Source: Heptranchias perlo (Eukaryota). From it: DNA of 64,000 nt. Under the pieces are notes generated by a model that was given only the letters and a program-made list of their open reading frames with translations, did not search any database and had not been told where the DNA came from. The position numbers and the translations under genes were made by a program. This document shows positions 1-11,579 of the stretch, piece after piece (the stretch's first letter is position 1; every line of letters begins with the position of its first letter). The stretch spans positions 5,642,001-5,706,000 of the forward strand of contig NC_090328.1 in assembly GCF_035084215.1 (NCBI RefSeq). The letters run 5' to 3'.

Positions 1-2914
1 GGGCAAAGACCAAGGGAAGTCTAGATTAAACTGCATTTATTTCAATGCAAGAAGTCTGATGGGCAAGGCAGATGAACTCAGGGCATGGATGGGTACATGG
101 GACTGGGATGTTATAGCTATTACTGAAACATGGCTAAGGGAGGGGCAGGACTGGCAGCTCAATGTTCCAGGGTACAGATGCTATAGGAAAGATAGAGCAG
201 GAGGTAAGAGAGGAGGGGGAGTTGCGTTCTTGATTAGGGAGAACATCACGGCAGTAGTGAGAGGGGATATATCCGAGGGTTCGCCCACTGAGTCCATATG
301 GGTAGAACTGAAAAATAAGAAGGGAGAGATCACTTTGATAGGATTGTACTACAGACCCCCAAATAGTCAACGGGAAATTGAGGAGCAAATATGTAAGGAG
401 ATTACAGACAGCTGCAAGAAAAATAGGGTGGTAATAGTAGGGGACTTTAACTTTCCCAACATTGACTGGGACAGCCATAGCATTAGGGGCTTGGATGGAG
501 AGAAATTTGTTGAGTGTATTCAGGAGGAATTTCTCATTCAGTATGTGGATGGCCCGACTAGAGAGGGGGCAAAACTTGACCTCCTCTTGGGAAATAAGGA
601 AGGGCAGGTGACAGAAGTGTTAGTGAGGGATCACTTTGGGACCAGTGATCATAATTCCATTAGTTTTAAGATAGCTATGGAGAAGGATAGGTCTGGCCCA
701 AAAGTTAAAATTCTAAATTGGGGAAAGGCCAATTTTGATGGTATTAGACAGGAACTTTCAGAAGTTGATTGGGAGAGTCTGTTGGCAGGCAAAGGGACGT
801 CTGGTAAGTGGGAGGCTTTCAAAAGTGTGTTAACCAGGGTTCAGGGTAAGCACATTCCTTATAAAGTGAAGGGCAAGGCTGGTAGAAGTAGGGAACCTTG
901 GATGACTCGGGAGATTGAGGCACTAGTCAAAAAGAAGAAGGAGGCATATGACATGCATAGGCAGCTGGGATCAAGTGGATCCCTTGAAGAGTATAGAGAT
1001 TGCCGGAGTAGAGTTAAGAGAGAAATCAGGAGGGCAAAAAGGGGATATGAGATTGCTTTGGCAGATCAGGCAAAGGTGAATCCAAAGAGCTTCTACAAAT
1101 ACATAAAGGGCAAAAGGGTAACTAGGGAGAGAGTAGGGCCTCTTAAGGATCAACAAGGTCATCTATGTGCGGAACCACAAGAAATGGGTGAGATCCTAAA
1201 TGAATATTTCACATCGGTATTTACGGTTGAGAAAGGCATGGATGTTAGGGAACTTGGGGAAATAAATAGTGATGTCTTGAGGAGTGTACATATTACAGAG
1301 AGGGAGGTGCTGGAAGTCTTAACGCGCATCAAGGTAGATAAATCTCCGGGACCTGATGAAATGTATCCCAGGACGTTATGGGAGGTTAGGGAGGAAATTG
1401 CGGGTCCCCTAGCAGAGATATTTGAATCATCCACCACTACAGGTGAGGTGCCTGAAGATTGGAGGGTAGCAAATGTTGTGCCTTTGTTTAAGAAGGGCGG
1501 CAGGGAAAAGCCTGGGAACTACAGACCAGTGAGCCTGACATCTGTAGTGGGTAAGTTGTTAGAGGGTATTCTGAGGGACAGGATCTACAGGCATTTGGAG
1601 AGGCAGGGACTAATTAGGAACAGTCAGCATGGTTTTGTGAGAGGAAAATCATGTCTCACGAATTTGATTGAGTTTTTTGAAGGGGTAACCAAGAAGATAG
1701 ATGAGGGCTGTGCAGTAGACGTGGTCTACATGGACTTCAGCAAAGCATTTGACAAGGTACCGCATGGTAGGTTGTTACATAAGGTTAAATCTCATGGGAT
1801 CCAAGGTGAGGTAGCCAATTGGATACAAAATTGGCTTGACGACAGAAGACAGAGGGTGGTTGTCGAGGGTTGTTTTTCAAACTGGATGCCTGTGTCCAGC
1901 GGTGTGCCTCAGGGATCGGTGCTGGGTCCGCTGTTATTTGTTATTTATATTAATGATTTGGATGAGAATTTAGGAGGCATGGTTAGTAAGTTTGCAGATG
2001 ACACCAAGATTGGTGGCATTGTGGACAGTGAAGAAGGTTATCTAGGATTGCAACGGGATCTTGATAAATTGGGCCAGTGGGCCGATGAATGGCAGATGGA
2101 GTTTAATTTAGATAAATGTGAGGTGATGCATTTTGGTAGATCGAATCGGGCCAGGACCTACTCCGTTAATGGTAGGGCGTTGGGGAGAGTTATAGAACAA
2201 AGAGATCTGGGAGTACAGATTCATAGCTCCTTGAAAGTGGAGTCACAGGTGGATAGGGTGGTGAAGAAGGCATTCAGCATGCTTGGTTTCATTGGTCAGA
2301 ACATTGAATGCAGGAGTTGGGATGTCTTGTTGAAGTTGTACAGGGCATTGGTGAGGCCACACTTGGAGTACTGTGTACAGTTCTGGTCACCCTATTATAG
2401 AAAGGATATTATTAAACTAGAAAGAGTGCAGAAAAGATTTACTAGGATGCTACCGGGACTTGATGGTTTGACTTACAGGGAGAGGTTAGACAGACTGGGA
2501 CTTTATTCCCTGGAGAGTAGGAGGTTAAGGGGTGATCTTATAGAAGTCTATAAAATAATGAGGGGCATAGATAAGGTCGATAGTCAAAATCTTTTCCCAA
2601 AGGTAGGGGAGTCTATAACGAGGGGGCACAGATTTAAGGTGAGAGGGGAGAGATACAAAAGGATCCAGAGGGGCAATTTTTTCACTCAAAGGGTGGTGAG
2701 TGTCTGGAACGAGCTGCCAGAGGCAGTAGTAGAGGCGGGTACAATTTTGTCTTTTAAAAAGCATTTGGACAGTTACATGGGGAAGATGGGTATCGAGGGA
2801 TATGGGCCAAGTGCAGGCAATTGGGACTAGCTTAGTGGTATAAACTGGGCGACATGGACATGTTGGGCCGAAGGGCCTGTTTCCATGTTGTAACTTCTAT
2901 GATTCTATGATTCT
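1..2914 (+). mobile_element. Young CR1-clade LINE (ORF2 + 3' UTR), runs off the left edge
   Basis: Uninterrupted APE+RT ORF. The 3' UTR has the GGGCCGAAGGGCC stem-loop and ends in the CR1-type (TTCTATGA)n tail at about 2896-2914. Confidence 0.97.
59..2830 (+). CDS. CR1 ORF2 endonuclease/reverse transcriptase (frame is already open from base 2: GKDQGKSRLNCIYFNARSL...)
   Basis: 923 aa ORF with APE motifs (ITETWL, GDFN, SDH) and RT motifs (YRPVSLTS, GVPQGSVLGP, FADD); no stops or frameshifts. Confidence 0.97.
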   Translation: MGKADELRAWMGTWDWDVIAITETWLREGQDWQLNVPGYRCYRKDRAGGKRGGGVAFLIRENITAVVRGDISEGSPTESIWVELKNKKGEITLIGLYYRPPNSQREIEEQICKEITDSCKKNRVVIVGDFNFPNIDWDSHSIRGLDGEKFVECIQEEFLIQYVDGPTREGAKLDLLLGNKEGQVTEVLVRDHFGTSDHNSISFKIAMEKDRSGPKVKILNWGKANFDGIRQELSEVDWESLLAGKGTSGKWEAFKSVLTRVQGKHIPYKVKGKAGRSREPWMTREIEALVKKKKEAYDMHRQLGSSGSLEEYRDCRSRVKREIRRAKRGYEIALADQAKVNPKSFYKYIKGKRVTRERVGPLKDQQGHLCAEPQEMGEILNEYFTSVFTVEKGMDVRELGEINSDVLRSVHITEREVLEVLTRIKVDKSPGPDEMYPRTLWEVREEIAGPLAEIFESSTTTGEVPEDWRVANVVPLFKKGGREKPGNYRPVSLTSVVGKLLEGILRDRIYRHLERQGLIRNSQHGFVRGKSCLTNLIEFFEGVTKKIDEGCAVDVVYMDFSKAFDKVPHGRLLHKVKSHGIQGEVANWIQNWLDDRRQRVVVEGCFSNWMPVSSGVPQGSVLGPLLFVIYINDLDENLGGMVSKFADDTKIGGIVDSEEGYLGLQRDLDKLGQWADEWQMEFNLDKCEVMHFGRSNRARTYSVNGRALGRVIEQRDLGVQIHSSLKVESQVDRVVKKAFSMLGFIGQNIECRSWDVLLKLYRALVRPHLEYCVQFWSPYYRKDIIKLERVQKRFTRMLPGLDGLTYRERLDRLGLYSLESRRLRGDLIEVYKIMRGIDKVDSQNLFPKVGESITRGHRFKVRGERYKRIQRGNFFTQRVVSVWNELPEAVVEAGTILSFKKHLDSYMGKMGIEGYGPSAGNWD

Positions 2915-3113
2915 CAGAGGGCTGTGGAGGCTCAGTCATTGAGTACATTCAAAACAGAGATCGATAGATTTCTAGATATTAAAGGCATCAAGGGATATGG
3001 GGATGGTGCAGGAAAATGGCGTTGAGGTAGAAGATCAGCCATGATCTTGTTGAATGGTGGAGCAGCTCGAGGGGCCGGATGGCCTACTCCTGCTCCTATT
3101 TCTTATGTTCTTA
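2915..3113 (+). mobile_element. 3' end of an older CR1 family, directly after the young CR1
   Basis: Degenerate ORF2 C-terminus (FKTEIDRFLDIKGIKGYG) and a 3' UTR ending TTCTTATGTTCTTA. Confidence 0.85.
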
Positions 3114-3880
3114 AACCGCAATATTCCCCCATCCTCCTCCACCATTTCCCTCCACCAACCCCCTCCTCCTGCCCCATCGCCCTGCCCCTACCCCATCCCC
3201 CTCCTCATCCACCATCCCACTCCACCATCCCCCTCTCCCACCCCCTCCCCATCCCTCTCTCCCACCCCCTCCACCAAACCTCCAGGAATACATCAAATCA
3301 CAGTTGACAACCCTCACCTCCCTCCCCCCTCCCTCTCCACCATCCCTTCCTCCCTCTCCCTCCACCATCCCTCTCCAAGCGGTTAATGCATTAACCGGAA
3401 GTCCCACCCCAACCCCCAACCCTCTGCGAGGCAGCTTGAGAAACCTCACGGGATACTTTGACCGTTTGAAATCCGGCCACAGCACCAAAGCCTTTTAGGA
3501 TTATGCGGAGTGATGGGGGGAGGGCAGGTTCGGAGAAGAGTGCTGCCATTTTGTCTCCATTTCCCTCAATTCCTCAAGCACAGGGTCAGGGCCCTGCTGC
3601 TCAAACACAGCGTATCGCTACAGGACACCGTAACTATCGAGAGTGGTCGTCGTCCAGTGTGTAAATAAACACAGCACCTCATGTACATTGTTTGCAGCCT
3701 TCCCTCTGTTGTAACAGAGGGTTATAGCAAGGGTAGACTCTGAGCCTGTGGCAGTAGGTACCTGGAACTTGATGGCAGGGAATGGCAGGAACTCCGAGCT
3801 CCATTCTCTGATTGCTGCAACTTAGCTGACCACTTGGTGAGAGCTTAGAAAGTTTCCTACTGAGATACCTGATGATCGTA

Positions 3881-4479
3881 CCCTATCATGGACTCTACCC
3901 ACCCATTTAATCTCCTCCCACAGCCCATGTACACTCTCCCCTATCATGGACTCTCCCCACCCATTTAATCTCCTCCCACAGCTCATGTACACTCTCCCCT
4001 ATCATGGACTCTACCCACCCATTTAATCTCCTCCCACAGCCCATGTACACTCTCCCCTATCATGGACTCTACCCACCCGTTTAATCTCCTCCCACAGCCC
4101 ATGTACACTCTCCCCTATCATGGACTCTACCCACCCATTTAATCTCCTCCCACAGCCCATGTACACTCTCCCCTATCATGGACTCTACCCACCCATTTAA
4201 TCTCCTCCCACAGCCCATGTACACTCTCCCCGATCATGGACTCTACCCACCCATTTAATCTCCTCCCACAGCCCATGTACACTCTCCCCTATCATGGACT
4301 CTCCCCACCCATTTAATCTCCTCCCACAGCCCATGTACACTCTCCCCTATCATGGACTCTCCCCACCCATTTAATCTCCTCCCACAGCCCATGTACACTC
4401 TCCCCTATCATGGACTCTACCCACCCATTTAATCTCCTCCCACAGCCCATGTACACTCTCCCCTATCATGGACTCTACC
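3881..4479. repeat. 58-bp tandem repeat, about 10 copies
   Basis: Unit CCTATCATGGACTCTACCCACCCATTTAATCTCCTCCCACAGCCCATGTACACTCTCC is repeated almost perfectly. Confidence 0.97.
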
Positions 4480-4741
4480 TCACCAATTCCTGAGGGAAAG
4501 TGCTGTAAACATACTCCCTGATCCCCATCTAACATCACTTTAGTTTATTCATCCATCTTGACGCTTCACTGTTCAGCTTTTGCCCGCTGTCCTGGAGATA
4601 ACATTCATCTCTGCCCCAACAACAAAGAGCCAATGTGCCCCATACAATATTTAAAATCACTGGCCAGAAGGAAGCTGGGGACAGGCGTCTTGCACAGACG
4701 GCCGTTCTAAACGAGTTGTATAATGTGGATGGTGAAAGGAA

Positions 4742-5198
4742 GAAAACTTGCATTTATATTGCACCTTTCACATCCTCAGGACATCCCAAAGCACTTTACA
4801 GCCAATGAAGTAATTTTGAAGTATAGTCACTGTTGTAATGTAGGAAACGCAGCAGCCAATTTGCGCACAGCAAGATCCCACAAACAGCAACGTGATAATC
4901 ACCAGATAATCTGTTTTAGTGATGTCAACTGAGATATATATATTGTCTAGGACACCGGGGAGAACTCCCCTGCTCAAAATTGTGGCCATGGGATCTTTTA
5001 TGTCCACCTGAGAGGACAGACGGGGCCTCAGTTTAACATTTCATCTGAAAGTACTCCACTGACAGTGCAGCACTCCCTCAGTATTGGCACTGGGAGTGTC
5101 AGCCTGGATTATGTGCTCAAGTCTCTGGAGTGGGACTTGAACCCACGACCTTCTGTCTCAGCAGATGAGCGTGCTACCCAGTGAGCCACAGCAGACAC
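4742..5198 (-). mobile_element. tRNA-headed Deu-domain SINE (SacSINE1-like), near full length
   Basis: On the minus strand: A box TGGCTCACTGG, B box GGTTCAAGTCC, central GAGGGAGTGCTGCACTGTC block, and a 3' tail ATAAATGCAAGTT shared with the L2 3' ends in this window. Confidence 0.85.
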
Positions 5199-5446
5199 TA
5201 CAATATGGTGGGAGAATGGCCAAGAGCGCACTAGAGAGGTTAAGGCGAGGTGGTAAAGGCAGGGTTTAGGATTTTGGCAGTGGGGGAAGGGAGAGAGATA
5301 AAGGTGGAGGTCAGCGATGTTACAGAAGTGGAAGAGAGTGATCTTGGTAACGGAACGGATGTGGTGACTCAGTAAAACGCAGCTTCTCCTTTAACAGAAC
5401 CAGTGAAATGTCTTTAGCAAGTCCAGCACAATGGAAGGGTCAGATT

Positions 5447-6105
5447 ACACAACAACAACTTGCATTTATATAGCACCTTCAACATAGCAAAACATCCCAA
5501 GGTGCTTCACAGGAGTGATTATCAAACAAAATTTGACACCGAGCCATATAAGGAGATACTAGGACAGGTGACAAATAGCTCGGTCAAAGAGGTAGGTTTT
5601 AAGGAGCGTCTTAAAGGAGGAGAGGTAGAGAGGTGGAGAGGTTTAGGGAGGGAATTCCAGAGCTTAGAGCCTATGCAGCTGAAGGCACGGCCGCCAATGG
5701 TGGATCGATTAAAATCGGGGATGCGCAAGAGGCAAGAATTGGAGGAGCGCAGAGATCTCAGAGGGTTGTAGGGCTGGAGGAGTATGTAGGAGTGAGGCCA
5801 TGGTGGAATTTGAAAACAAGGATGAGAATTTTAAAATCAAGGTGTTCCTGGACCAGGAACCAATGTAGGTCAGCGAGCACAGGATGATGGGTGAACAGGA
5901 CTTGATGCGAGTTAGGATACGGGCAGCAGAGTTTTCGATGAGCTCAAGTTTACGGAGGGTGGAAGATGGGAGGCCGGCCAGGAGAGCATTGGAATAGCCC
6001 AGTCTGGAGGTAACAAAGGCATGGATGAGGGTTTCAGCAGCAGATGAGCTGAGGCAGAGGCGGAGACGGGTGATGTTATGGAGATAGAAGTAGGTAGTCT
6101 TGGTA
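5447..6105 (-). mobile_element. L2-clade LINE 3' fragment
   Basis: Minus-strand peptide AETLIHAFVTSRLGYSNALLAGLP...AARILT and GGRAFS..KLWNSLP; tail ATAAATGCAAGTTGTTGTT. Confidence 0.9.
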
Positions 6106-6106
6106 G

Positions 6107-6340
6107 GCTTTTTTATATTCATTCTTGGGATGTGGGCGTCGCTGGCGAGGCCGGCATTTATTGCCCATCCCTAATTGCCCTTGAGAAGGTGGTGGTGAGC
6201 CGCCTTCTTGAACCGCTGCAGTCCGTGTGGTGAAGGTTCTCCCACAGTGCTGTTAGGAAGGGAGTTCCAGGATTTTGACCCAGCAACGATGAAGGAACGG
6301 CCGATATATGTCCAAGTCGGGATGGTGTGTGACTTGGAGT
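6107..6340 (-). mobile_element. 3' end of a CR1/L2-group LINE (second copy at 52628-52880)
   Basis: Minus-strand SKSWNSLPNSTV..FKKAAHHHLL ORF end, followed by a short UTR and A-rich tail; near-identical copy at about 52630. Confidence 0.7.
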
Positions 6341-6796
6341 GTTAGAGAGCTTGAGATAATAAAGGTGGAGATTAGGATTTTGGTAGAGGGGGGAGGGAAA
6401 AGAGAAAGGGGCAGAGGTCAGAAATGTTACAGAGATGGTCTTTGTAACGTAACGGATGTGGGTGACTCTGTAAAACACAGCAACTCCTATAATAGGACCA
6501 ATGAAGCAGGTCTTTAGCAGGTCCGACTGTTTCCACACACGGTGCAAGGGTCAGATTAGACGAAGGCTGCCTCCCAATGTCCAGCAGCGAGTCACGGACT
6601 GAAGGAAAGCCACCTTCTGAAAGGACACGATACCCCTGTTCTTCGACCGATGGAATGAGTACAATGGAGATCTGAATCAGGGGCCCGACTCATGGGGTGT
6701 GTTCGTTCTGTGAGGTGCAGGGAGTGGGAGTGGTGAGCTGCACTGAGCGGGAGGGGTGAGCTGCACTGAGCCAGAGCACTGCAGGGGGAGCTTTTT

Positions 6797-7530
6797 AAAG
6801 AAAGAACTTGCATTTATATGGCACCTTTCATGACCGCAAGATGTCCCAAAGCACTTTTCAGCCAATTAAGTACTTTTGAAGTGTAGTACCTGTTATAATA
6901 TAGGTTCTTCTAATATAATATAAGGCCGTTCTCCAAGGCGGCCTTCGAGACACACGACAACGCAAAATCATCGAGCAGAAATTGATAGCCAAGTTCCGCA
7001 CCCATGAGGACGGCCTCAACCGGGATCTTGGGTTCATGTCACGCTACACGTAACCCCACCAGCAAAAAAAAGTTATCTGTTTTTAATACAACGGGTCATT
7101 CTCTCTCTTTCTCTTCCTTTCGGATGTTTCTCTCTCTCCCTCTCTCTGTCTTTTGTTCTGGCCGTTTGTATATTCGGTGGTCCTGTATGTAATGTCTCTC
7201 TGTCTGAACATTTTGATTGCCTTGACAACGGGCAGTTGGAAAGATTATCTGTAATCACCAGGTATTGTTCTCTGACTATAAATGCGGTAACTTTCAAGGA
7301 GTCCCACACTTCACCTGACGAAGGAGAAAGCTTGTGATTTTCAAATAAAACTGTTGGACTATAACATGGTGTTGTAAGATTCCGTACATTTATAATATAG
7401 GAAACATGACAACCACTTTGTGCACAGCAAGATTCCACAAACAGCAATAAGATAACGAGCAGATAATCTGTTTTAGTGTTGTTGGTTGAGGGATAAATAT
7501 TGCCCAGGACATCGAGGACCCTGCTCTTCG
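6797..7530 (-). mobile_element. Deu-type SINE 3' half, split by a Penelope insertion
   Basis: SINE tail at 6797-6904 resumes at 7390. TTATAATATAGG is duplicated at 6893-6904 and 7390-7401. Confidence 0.75.
6920..7389 (+). mobile_element. Penelope-like element 3' fragment (GIY-YIG C-terminus + pseudo-LTR)
   Basis: Encodes LQGGLRDTRQRKIIEQKLIAKFRTHEDGLNRDLGFMSRYT*. Degenerate hammerhead core at about 7310-7337. Flanked by a 12-bp duplication. Confidence 0.85.
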
Positions 7531-7759
7531 AATACTTTACAACAGTGACTATACTTCAAAACACTTTGGGACGTCCTGAGGTCGAGAAAGGTGCTCTATA
7601 AATGCAAGCCTTTCTTTCTTTCTTCTTCTTCAACATCTAAACATCCACCTGTAAACTGATGTATCATTACACTGTCCGCATTCCCACCTTTTCATTGTAC
7701 AGCAGGTGAGCTGAGCTACAATTAAACCGTCCCCCACGCCTCTTATCCCCAAACGGTTG

Positions 7760-8110
7760 TTCCTACCCCTTGAACAAAGAGAAACTGTTCCCATTGGCGG
7801 AAGGGTCGAGAACCAGAGGACACAGACTTAAGGTGATTGGCAAAAGAATCAAAGGCGACATGAGGAAAAACATTTTTAGGCAGCGAGTAGTTACGATCTG
7901 GAATGCGCTGCCCGTGGGGTTGGTGGAGGCAGATTCAATTGTGGCTTTCACAAAGGAATTGGATAAATATTTGAAGGGAAAAAACTTGCAGGGCTACGGG
8001 GAAAGGGCGGGGGAGTGGGACTAGCTGGGATTGCTCTCACAAAGAGCCGGCACAGGCTCGTTGGGCCGAATGGCCTCTTTCTGTGCTGTAACCATTCTAT
8101 GATTCTATGA
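7760..8110 (+). mobile_element. 5'-truncated CR1 3' end
   Basis: KLFPLAEGSRTRGHRLK...WNALP peptide and (ATTCTATG)n tail. Confidence 0.9.
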
Positions 8111-8409
8111 ATGGAGAAGAGCAGCAGCCCACCTGCCTACACCGGTCCCTGGCTCCCTGTGGATCACAGCAGACGCAGGGTCCGGTACAGCTCCGTGCTC
8201 AGAAACAATCGCCTGGCCGCTCCTCTACATCAAACCTGCAAAATGCTGCCGCAGTTTAAAAATTTAAGATCCCCGCAATAAATTAATCAACAGACATCTG
8301 GCAAAGGGCTGGAGGATGAGACGAACACTGGCTGTCTATCTCAATGTCACAGGACCTCATCGTTCAGTCAGTGCAACTGACCATTTAATAAATAATTAAC
8401 CTTTAATTA

Positions 8410-8680
8410 AGGCAGTTAAGAGTCAACCGTCTTGATGTGGGGAATACAGTCACAAATGGGCCCAGACCGGGTAAGGACGGCTGGTTTCCTTCTCCTAAAG
8501 GACATCAGTGAACCAGTTGGGTTTTTACGACAATCCGACAGCTTCACGGTCACTTTTACTGATTCCAGCTTTTTATTTCCAGATTTTTCAAAATTGAATT
8601 CAATTTCTTAAACTGCCCACAGTGGGATTTGAACTCTTAATTGTCTGGGTCACTAGTCCAGTAACATAACCACTACACCA
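8410..8680 (-). mobile_element. tRNA-headed SINE of a second family
   Basis: Minus strand starts TGGTGTAGTGGTTATGTTACTGGACTAGT...GAGTTCAAATCCC (A/B boxes); a similar head fragment occurs at about 46345-46385. Confidence 0.6.
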
Positions 8681-9015
8681 TCCGCACCATCGGGGGCATA
8701 GCTGGTCGGCGCCTGGTTTCTGTGCGCCAAGTCAGCAGTGTGGGCCTGAACCCAGCAGAGCCCGAGGCCGGCCCCAAATTGGGCCGGGTTGATATTAATT
8801 GGGTGCCCGTTGAGCCTCCGCAGGCATCTCGCCCTTCTGATGGAGGGAATTTGAAGGCCAGTCACCGCAGCAGCTCAAAGCTAAATCTCGGGGAGTGGGG
8901 TGGGGTGTGTGTGTGGAGGGGCAACGGGGGTCGTAGGGGGCAGGGGGGGGGGCCGAGCGAGATACTGTGGTGTCGGGGAGAACTCCCGCTCCTCCTGGCT
9001 CCACAGTAACGATTA

Positions 9016-10262
9016 TAGAATCATAGAATGGTTACAGCACGGAAGGAGGCCATTCGGCCCATCGAGTCCGCGCCGGCTCTATGCAAGAGCAATCCAGCCA
9101 GTCCCACTCCCCCCGCCCTATCCCCGTAGCCCTGCACATTTTTTTCCTTGCAAGTACTTATCCAGTTCCCTTTTGAAGGCCATGATTGAATCTGCCTCCA
9201 CCACCCCCTCGGGCAGTGCATTCCAGATCCTAACCACTCGCTGTGTAAAAAAGTTTTTCCTCAGGTCACCTTTGGTTCTTTTGCCAATCACCTTAAATCT
9301 ATGTCCTCTGGTTCTTGACCCTTCCGCCAATGGGAACAGTTTCTCTCTATCTACTCTGTCTAACCCAGCTTCTCCAGTCTATCCACGTAACTAAAGTCCC
9401 TCATCCCTGGAATCATTCTAGTAAATCTTTTCTGTACCCTCTCTAAGGTCTTCACATCTTTCCTAAAGTGTGGCGCCCAGAACTGGACACAATACTCCAT
9501 AACTTCCTTGCTTTTGTTCTCTATTTATTGTACTTAATTTATAAATCCCAGGATCCTGTATGCTTTTTTAACCACTTTCTCAACCTGCCCTGCCACCTTC
9601 AACGATTTGTGCACATAAACCCCCAGATCTCTCTGTTCCTGTACCCCTTTTAGAATTGTACCCTTTAGTTTATATAGCCTCTCCTCATTCTTCCTACCAA
9701 AATGTATCACCTCACATTTCTCTGCGTTAAATTTCATCTGCCCATGCCACCAGCCTGTCTTAATCCTCTTGAAGTCTATCACTATCCTCCTCACTGTTTA
9801 CTACACCTCCAAGTTTTGTGTCATTTGCAAATTTGGAAATTGTGCCCTGTACACCCAAGTCCAAGTCAAGGAAAGCAGTGGTCCCGGCACTGACCCCTGG
9901 GGAACACCACTGTACACCTCCCTCCAGTCCGAAAAACAACCGTTCAACACTACTCTCTGTTTCCTGTCCCTTAGCCAATTCTGTATCCATGTTGCTACTG
10001 CCCTCTTTATTCCATGGGCCGCAATCTTGATGATAAGCCTACCCTGCGGCACTTTATCAAACGCCTTTTAAAAGTCCGTATACACCACATCAACTGCATT
10101 GCCCTCATCTACCCTCTCTGTTACCTCATCAAAAAACTCTATCAGTTTAGTTAAACACGATTTGCCTTTAACAAATCCGTGCTGGCTTTCCCTAATCAAT
10201 CCACGCTCGTCCAAGTGACTGTTAATTATGTCCCGGATTATCGTTTCTAAAAGCTTCCCCAC
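9016..10262 (-). mobile_element. Decayed CR1 ORF2 3' portion with internal deletions
   Basis: Minus-strand fragments QHGFVKGKSCLT, GVPQGSV, MKFNAEKCEVIHFG, TRGHRFK; CR1 tail at about 9016. Confidence 0.92.
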
Positions 10263-10812
10263 TTTACCTTTTGGTGGCGGTCGACCAACGAACATTGAAG
10301 AATCTCGAGCAGAGCAGGCCGGAGTTCGGCTCCAGCCTGTCACATCCAACTTCGGCAAGGGACCCTAAACCAGGAGTTAGGGCCCTCATTTGCATACCCA
10401 AGGGAAGCTAATGCCTGTTTTTAGGCAGGGGGGGGGAAAAAAAAATCGCCCGACCCAATATTGGGTTGGACATCTTTCAGGCGCGGGGCATTGATCCCCG
10501 AAATCGTTCCTTGTTGTGCCCGTTTGATGCCTATGAAACAGGAGCAACAAGGTCCAGTTTCTAAGTCCTCGTGTTTCCACCTCTCTTGCTATCTGTGCCT
10601 GCGGCATGACTCTTTGTCTCTATCCTGCCGTCTCTCTCTCTCTCTCTGCGTGACTGTCTGGCTCCTCCGCCTGCACTCTCTGTCTCCGTCTCGCTCCCTC
10701 TGCTGTTTACTTATTCATTTTCTTCTACCCTCCTTGCCCATGAGAGTGCTGAATTATTAACGGCCAGCCAATGCCAATCCCTCACACACACTTCCACTGC
10801 CTTTCTCCAAGG

Positions 10813-11306
10813 CCTTCGAGACACACGACAACGCAAAATCGTCGAGCAGAAATTGATAGCCAAGTTCCGCACCCATGAGGACGGCCTCAACCGGGATCTT
10901 GGGTTCATATCACGCTACACGTAACCCCACCAGCGAACAAAAGCTATCCGTTTTTAATATAACGGGTCATTTGGTGTCTTTCTCTTCCTTCCGGATGTTT
11001 CTGCCTCTCTCTCTCTCTGTTTTTTTTTGGTATTTGTATATTCGGTGGCCCTGTAGGTGACACCTCTCTGTCTGAACACTCTGATTGCCTTGGCAACGGG
11101 CAGTTGGAAAGACTATCTGTAACCACCAGCTATTGTTCTGTGATTTATAAATGCGATAGGTTCGAGGATTTCATTTCCACATTCACCTGAGGAAGGAGGA
11201 AGCCTCTGAAAGCTTGTGATTTTCAAATAAAATAGTTGGACTATAACTTGGTGTTGTAAAATTGTTTACAATTGTCAACCCCAGTCCATCACCGGCATCT
11301 CCACAT
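10813..11306 (+). mobile_element. Penelope-like element 3' fragment, same family as 6920-7389
   Basis: Same GIY-YIG C-terminus and pseudo-LTR; flanked by the 13-bp direct repeat CCTTTCTCCAAGG (10800-10812 and 11307-11319). Confidence 0.88.
11181..11219 (+). ncRNA. Minimal type I hammerhead ribozyme motif in a Penelope pseudo-LTR
   Basis: TCAC-CTGAGGA-A-GGAGG/AAG/CCTCT-GAAA-GCTT-GTGA: stem I, CUGANGA core, stem II, GAAA, palindromic AGCT in place of stem III. Confidence 0.65.
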
Positions 11307-11538
11307 CCTTTCTCCAAGGACAATGAGACCTTAATAAGCAGGTGGAATGGGTTTCCAAGGAGGGGGATCAGGTTACAGTAACATTCACATCAAACAAGAC
11401 AATAGCGAGTGGGACAAAACAACCAGTTACAGAGAGCCCCATCGGGCCTGGTTAGCAAACAAACCAGAACTTTCTCCACCCTCTCATCCCACAGCATCCA
11501 ATACGCTCGTCTCCACCTCTGTGCTATTAAATTTCCAC

Positions 11539-11579
11539 ATTCACCTGAGGAAGGAGGAAGCCTCCGAAAGCTTGTGAAT
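11539..11579 (+). ncRNA. Minimal type I hammerhead ribozyme motif (best-preserved copy)
   Basis: ATTCAC-CTGAGGA-A-GGAGG/AAG/CCTCC-GAAA-GCTT-GTGAAT, with a perfect 6-bp stem I and 5-bp stem II. Confidence 0.72.

Noticed and set aside
3120-3420. Pro/Ser-rich and Gly-rich ORFs
   Set aside because: C-rich low-complexity tract with no exon signals.
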